A DNA stretch of 64,000 nucleotides from Isurus oxyrinchus. Its lineage: Eukaryota. Both the position numbers and the translations under genes were made by a program. Of this stretch, positions 60,552 through 64,000 are shown piece after piece. The notes below the pieces were generated by a model that was not told where the DNA came from, searched no databases, and was given only the letters and a program-made list of their open reading frames with translations. Position 1 is the stretch's first letter, and every line of letters starts with the position of its first letter. The stretch lies in assembly GCA_026770705.1 (NCBI GenBank), contig JANJGN010000005.1, positions 44,020,001 through 44,084,000 of the forward strand, in the 5' to 3' direction.

Positions 60552-62065
60552 GGGCTGAGTAATACACCATGGTACCGAGTGTTCCACACCCAGATGTCAG
60601 CCCCATTTCAACTTCCAGGCCCGCCTTCAGAGCACACCCGATAAAACGTCAATTGGGACTTTGAGTGCTATGAGGCTGTCATCCTGCCCAATCACCGTTG
60701 GGTGGAATGTCCGGCCTCCGAGGTCATTGGCCATGCCCCAGAACGAGGTCACAGCCAGTAGTTTAAAGGGCTCCTTGGCACAGAACACAGGGGACCCAAC
60801 AAATGCAGGAACACTTCAAACTCCGCAGGAAAATTTATCATTGAGCAGTTTGCAGGCTTCTAAGGTGAGTGTATTTTATTTTGAGATTTTATTTTCAAAA
60901 GTGGAATTATTTTTTAACCTGAACAAGTCAACCGCTTATTTGCAAGGAGGAGTGTCTAGTTGTTGGATGTTTCCCTCCAGAGATGTCTGTGCCACTGGGC
61001 AAGGTGGGGAGAAGGGCCAAACTAGCCCCTAGGTTCAACGAGGTCCCTCCCAAAACTTCTCATACATGTAGTCTCTGACCAACGTGAGCTGCTGATGTCT
61101 GCCCCTGCTAAGAGGAGGAAGCCAAGCCAGGCTCGTGCAGCCTGGGAGAGGTGGCTGAGGAGGTCAGCAGTGTTGGGCTGATCAACAGGAAATGGTCCCA
61201 ATGCCAGAAAAGCCTCAATGACTTAATGAGAGTGGCCAGGGTAACTAAGACCTCAACATGTACAATCTTGTACCAGTGTGCTACAGGGTTCTCATGAATG
61301 CAGGCGAAAAGTCAGTTTGGCTGGAGCTCAAAGGCATCATGATTCACCAAGGACACAGCTGCCTTTGACGATGTCATTGTGCATTTAACGCTTTGGTCCA
61401 GTTGTAGGGTGGGTGGGTGGTTGGCAGAATGAGGACATGATGGATAAGCACAGCATCCAGGCTGGCATGCACTTGGCTAATAATGGGTAGGCAGCATGCC
61501 ATAAGATCATTTGAAATTTTTAATGAATGCTCACTTACACATCTTTTCAGCAAAAGTGAGACCAGAATGCCTATCTCTCTCAGGTACTTTATAGCCCTGG
61601 GAGATGGCCGGGAACAAAACATAGCACTCTGCAGAACACTCAGCAGCCAAGAAAAGGCCTCTAACTCATATGACTTAAAAATGGATAGCCTGCTCACTCA
61701 AATAAGTGCTCCTAGCAGTAAAAGATCTACTAACTGCTAAGCTGAAATTTAGGGTTCAACTGCACCTTTTAACAAGCTGCCCATTAAAAAATGGAAACCA
61801 CACATTGCATAAATTTGACTCTGAAAGCATATTATAGCGTTCACACCTTATTATGGCAATCAATTGGGTTGTTAATGACCTTAAATTCACTGTTAATTTA
61901 CATTTACATAATGTGGGCATGGTTCTGGCTTTTAAATCCACCCACCTGCTGCATTATAAAAAACTGGCATGATGACGTCGGGAACATCACCTGACATCAC
62001 CATGCCCGATAATATGTCTCCGGATGTGGGGAACGCTTTCGATTTGAGAGCATATTTTTCTGCCC
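60552..62065. mobile_element. Harbinger-derived element
   Basis: TAT|GGGCTGA ... TCTGCCC|TAT (3-bp TSD); internal Myb-like remnant. Confidence 0.55.
61022..61240 (+). pseudogene. Decayed Myb/SANT-like exon (Harbinger ORF2 type)
   Basis: LAPRFNE, frameshift, LLIHVVSDQRELL..ARAAWE, frameshift, EVAEEVSSVGLINRKWSQCQKSLNDLMRVAR, then GTAACT donor. Confidence 0.72.
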
Positions 62066-63109
62066 TATGTCTCTATTTATAATGCACATGATCTCATATA
62101 CTTTATTACTTGCTTTGTTAACCTCTTTTGCCATCTTCTAAGATTTGTGTAAAGATAGCTCCGGGTCTCTCAGTTTTTGCTCCACTTTTAAAATTGTACC
62201 ATTTAAATTGTATTTTCTCATCGGATGGAATGATGAAGCAGGCTTGACGGGCCATACGGTCTACTCCTGCTCCTACTTCTTGTGTTCTCCCCTCATTTTT
62301 CTTACCATCGCCTCATACTTCTTTGCGTTGAACTTTATCTGCCCTACACCCACCTTTTCCATCAGCCTATCTATTTCCACTTGAAGTCTATCACTTACTT
62401 CTGTTACAGCTGAGAGTTTTATAAAATTATTATGATTTAGGACTGGTGAGCAGGACTTTTTGGATGGTGGGGGTTTCTCACTCTGCCACCTGAAGGGTTG
62501 GTGAGGAATGCAACCTTGCCGATCACAGCAGCCTCAGAGCCATTTAACAGAGCACTTTAATTGACTGGAGGTGGGACTTCCATCCATCACTCAAACTGAT
62601 TGGCTGGCAGCTCTGTAGTCCCAGCACTGCCAGTGACAGCAGTGCAGCGGGCAAAACTGTGACTACAGTAGTTGCCAGAAGTCCTGGGGCAGAATTTTAC
62701 AATACCCCACCAGCAGGTTTGTGGGTTGGGGGGGGGAGGCTCTGTAAAGTTCCCCAAGTGGTCTTCCCACCATCCACCCACCCAACCCCAATTTGTCTCC
62801 AATTTTAGGTAGGGTGGGCAAAGCATAGAGTGGCCCACCTGCCCTCACCCCAATTGAGGCCCTTAAATCACCAAAATTGGTCACTTCCCACCCTGTTCTC
62901 AATTTTAAGGCTGGCAGGAGGAGCTCAGGGGCTGTGGGGAAGCCCAGAAGGTCACTCTGTTCCCTGCTCTGGCCTTAGGTGTGAAGTAAGGGATTGCCTC
63001 ACTGAAGGGCCTCATTTCCACATTGTTCAATAATTGGATGCTGGACATCCATGTTGTGAATGTAAATCAGTACAAATGAGGCTGAGAATTGAGCATATTT
63101 TTAAAAGCT

Positions 63110-63475
63110 TATTTACTCTTTCACGGAATGTGGGCATTACTGGCAAGGCCAACATTTGTTGCCCATCCCTAATTGCTCTTGAACTAAGTGGCTTACTAAG
63201 CCATTTCAGAGGCAACCATATTACTGTGGATCTGGAATCACATGCAGGCCAGACCAGGTAAGGATGGTAGATTTTTTTCCCTAAAGCGCATTAGTGGTCC
63301 AGGTGGGTTTTTATAAAAATCTATGATATCTACTGCGATAGTTTTCAATTCCAGCCTTTCTTAATTGAATTTAAATCCCATCAACTACTATGGTGGGATT
63401 TGAACCCATGACCCCAGTTCATTTAGCTAGGTCTCTGGATTACTAATTCTGTGATACTACCACTATGCCACCGTC
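63110..63475 (-). mobile_element. Meta-like tRNA SINE copy
   Basis: Reverse complement of 32225-32625 (GGGATTTGAACCC, CCAGACCAGGTAAGGA, TTGCCCATCCCTAATTGC). Confidence 0.75.
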
Positions 63476-63739
63476 ATTATTATACATGTGACATTATTAT
63501 ACTACTACTCTTCCTGTGCATGCATCTGCCCAAAAATGGAAGAGCACTTCTGACAGCCACTGGAAGTAACAGCATAAAATGGGTAGGCACATGCAAATGA
63601 GGTAGCAATAACACTGTATTGTCTGAAACCTATTTCCCACCGCTATTTGCCTGATTCCTGTTACAAAATCCGGCCTTCATTCACTAAGTGTGTACATGAA
63701 AAATTATCATTTTATGGGAGGCATTGAAGGGCATTCAGT

Positions 63740-64000
63740 GTCCATGGAATGCTACACAAGCAAGGATCTAAGCCTTCATTTCTTAAGCTAATTTAACAAC
63801 GATCAAAAATAGATCATAAATCTGTCTAACTCAGCTGTGAATATATTCAATGAGCTAGTCTCCACTGCAATCTAGGGAAAAGAATGCCAAAGATTAACGA
63901 CCCTCAGAAAAGAAATCCTCCTCAATACTGTCTTAAATGGGAGACCCCTTATCTTTAAACTGTGCTCCCTAGTTCTCGATTCCCCATGAGGGATAACATC
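63740..64000 (-). mobile_element. CR1 3' fragment running off the window end
   Basis: CTGTGCTCCCTAGTTCTCGATTCCCC..GGGATAACATC, reverse of CR1 ORF2 end. Confidence 0.6.

Overview
Vertebrate genomic DNA, most likely a cartilaginous fish (inferred from the repeat families). The whole window lies inside one minus-strand phospholipase C-gamma gene. I traced 17 coding exons by hand (59203 to 1670; 2268 nt, 756 codons, splice phases consistent). They cover the end of the X box, split PH, nSH2, cSH2, SH3, Y box and C2. The protein is closest to PLCG1 but carries several PLCG2-type motifs, so it may be a separate paralogue. Introns are packed with CR1 and L2-type LINE fragments, tRNA-derived SINEs, Harbinger-like MITEs and foldback elements, and Penelope-like pieces with hammerhead-ribozyme-like motifs. 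The most unusual structure is at 26854-30946: a nested array of a tRNA-Thr(TGT)-derived element repeatedly broken at one exact site (CCAAG^ATCAAG). It holds two insertions of a young Tx1-clade L1 retrotransposon at that site, apparent self-insertions of the SINE, and long flanking duplications (about 30, 80 and 480 bp). Repeat boundaries were read by eye and are approximate; family names are not database-verified.
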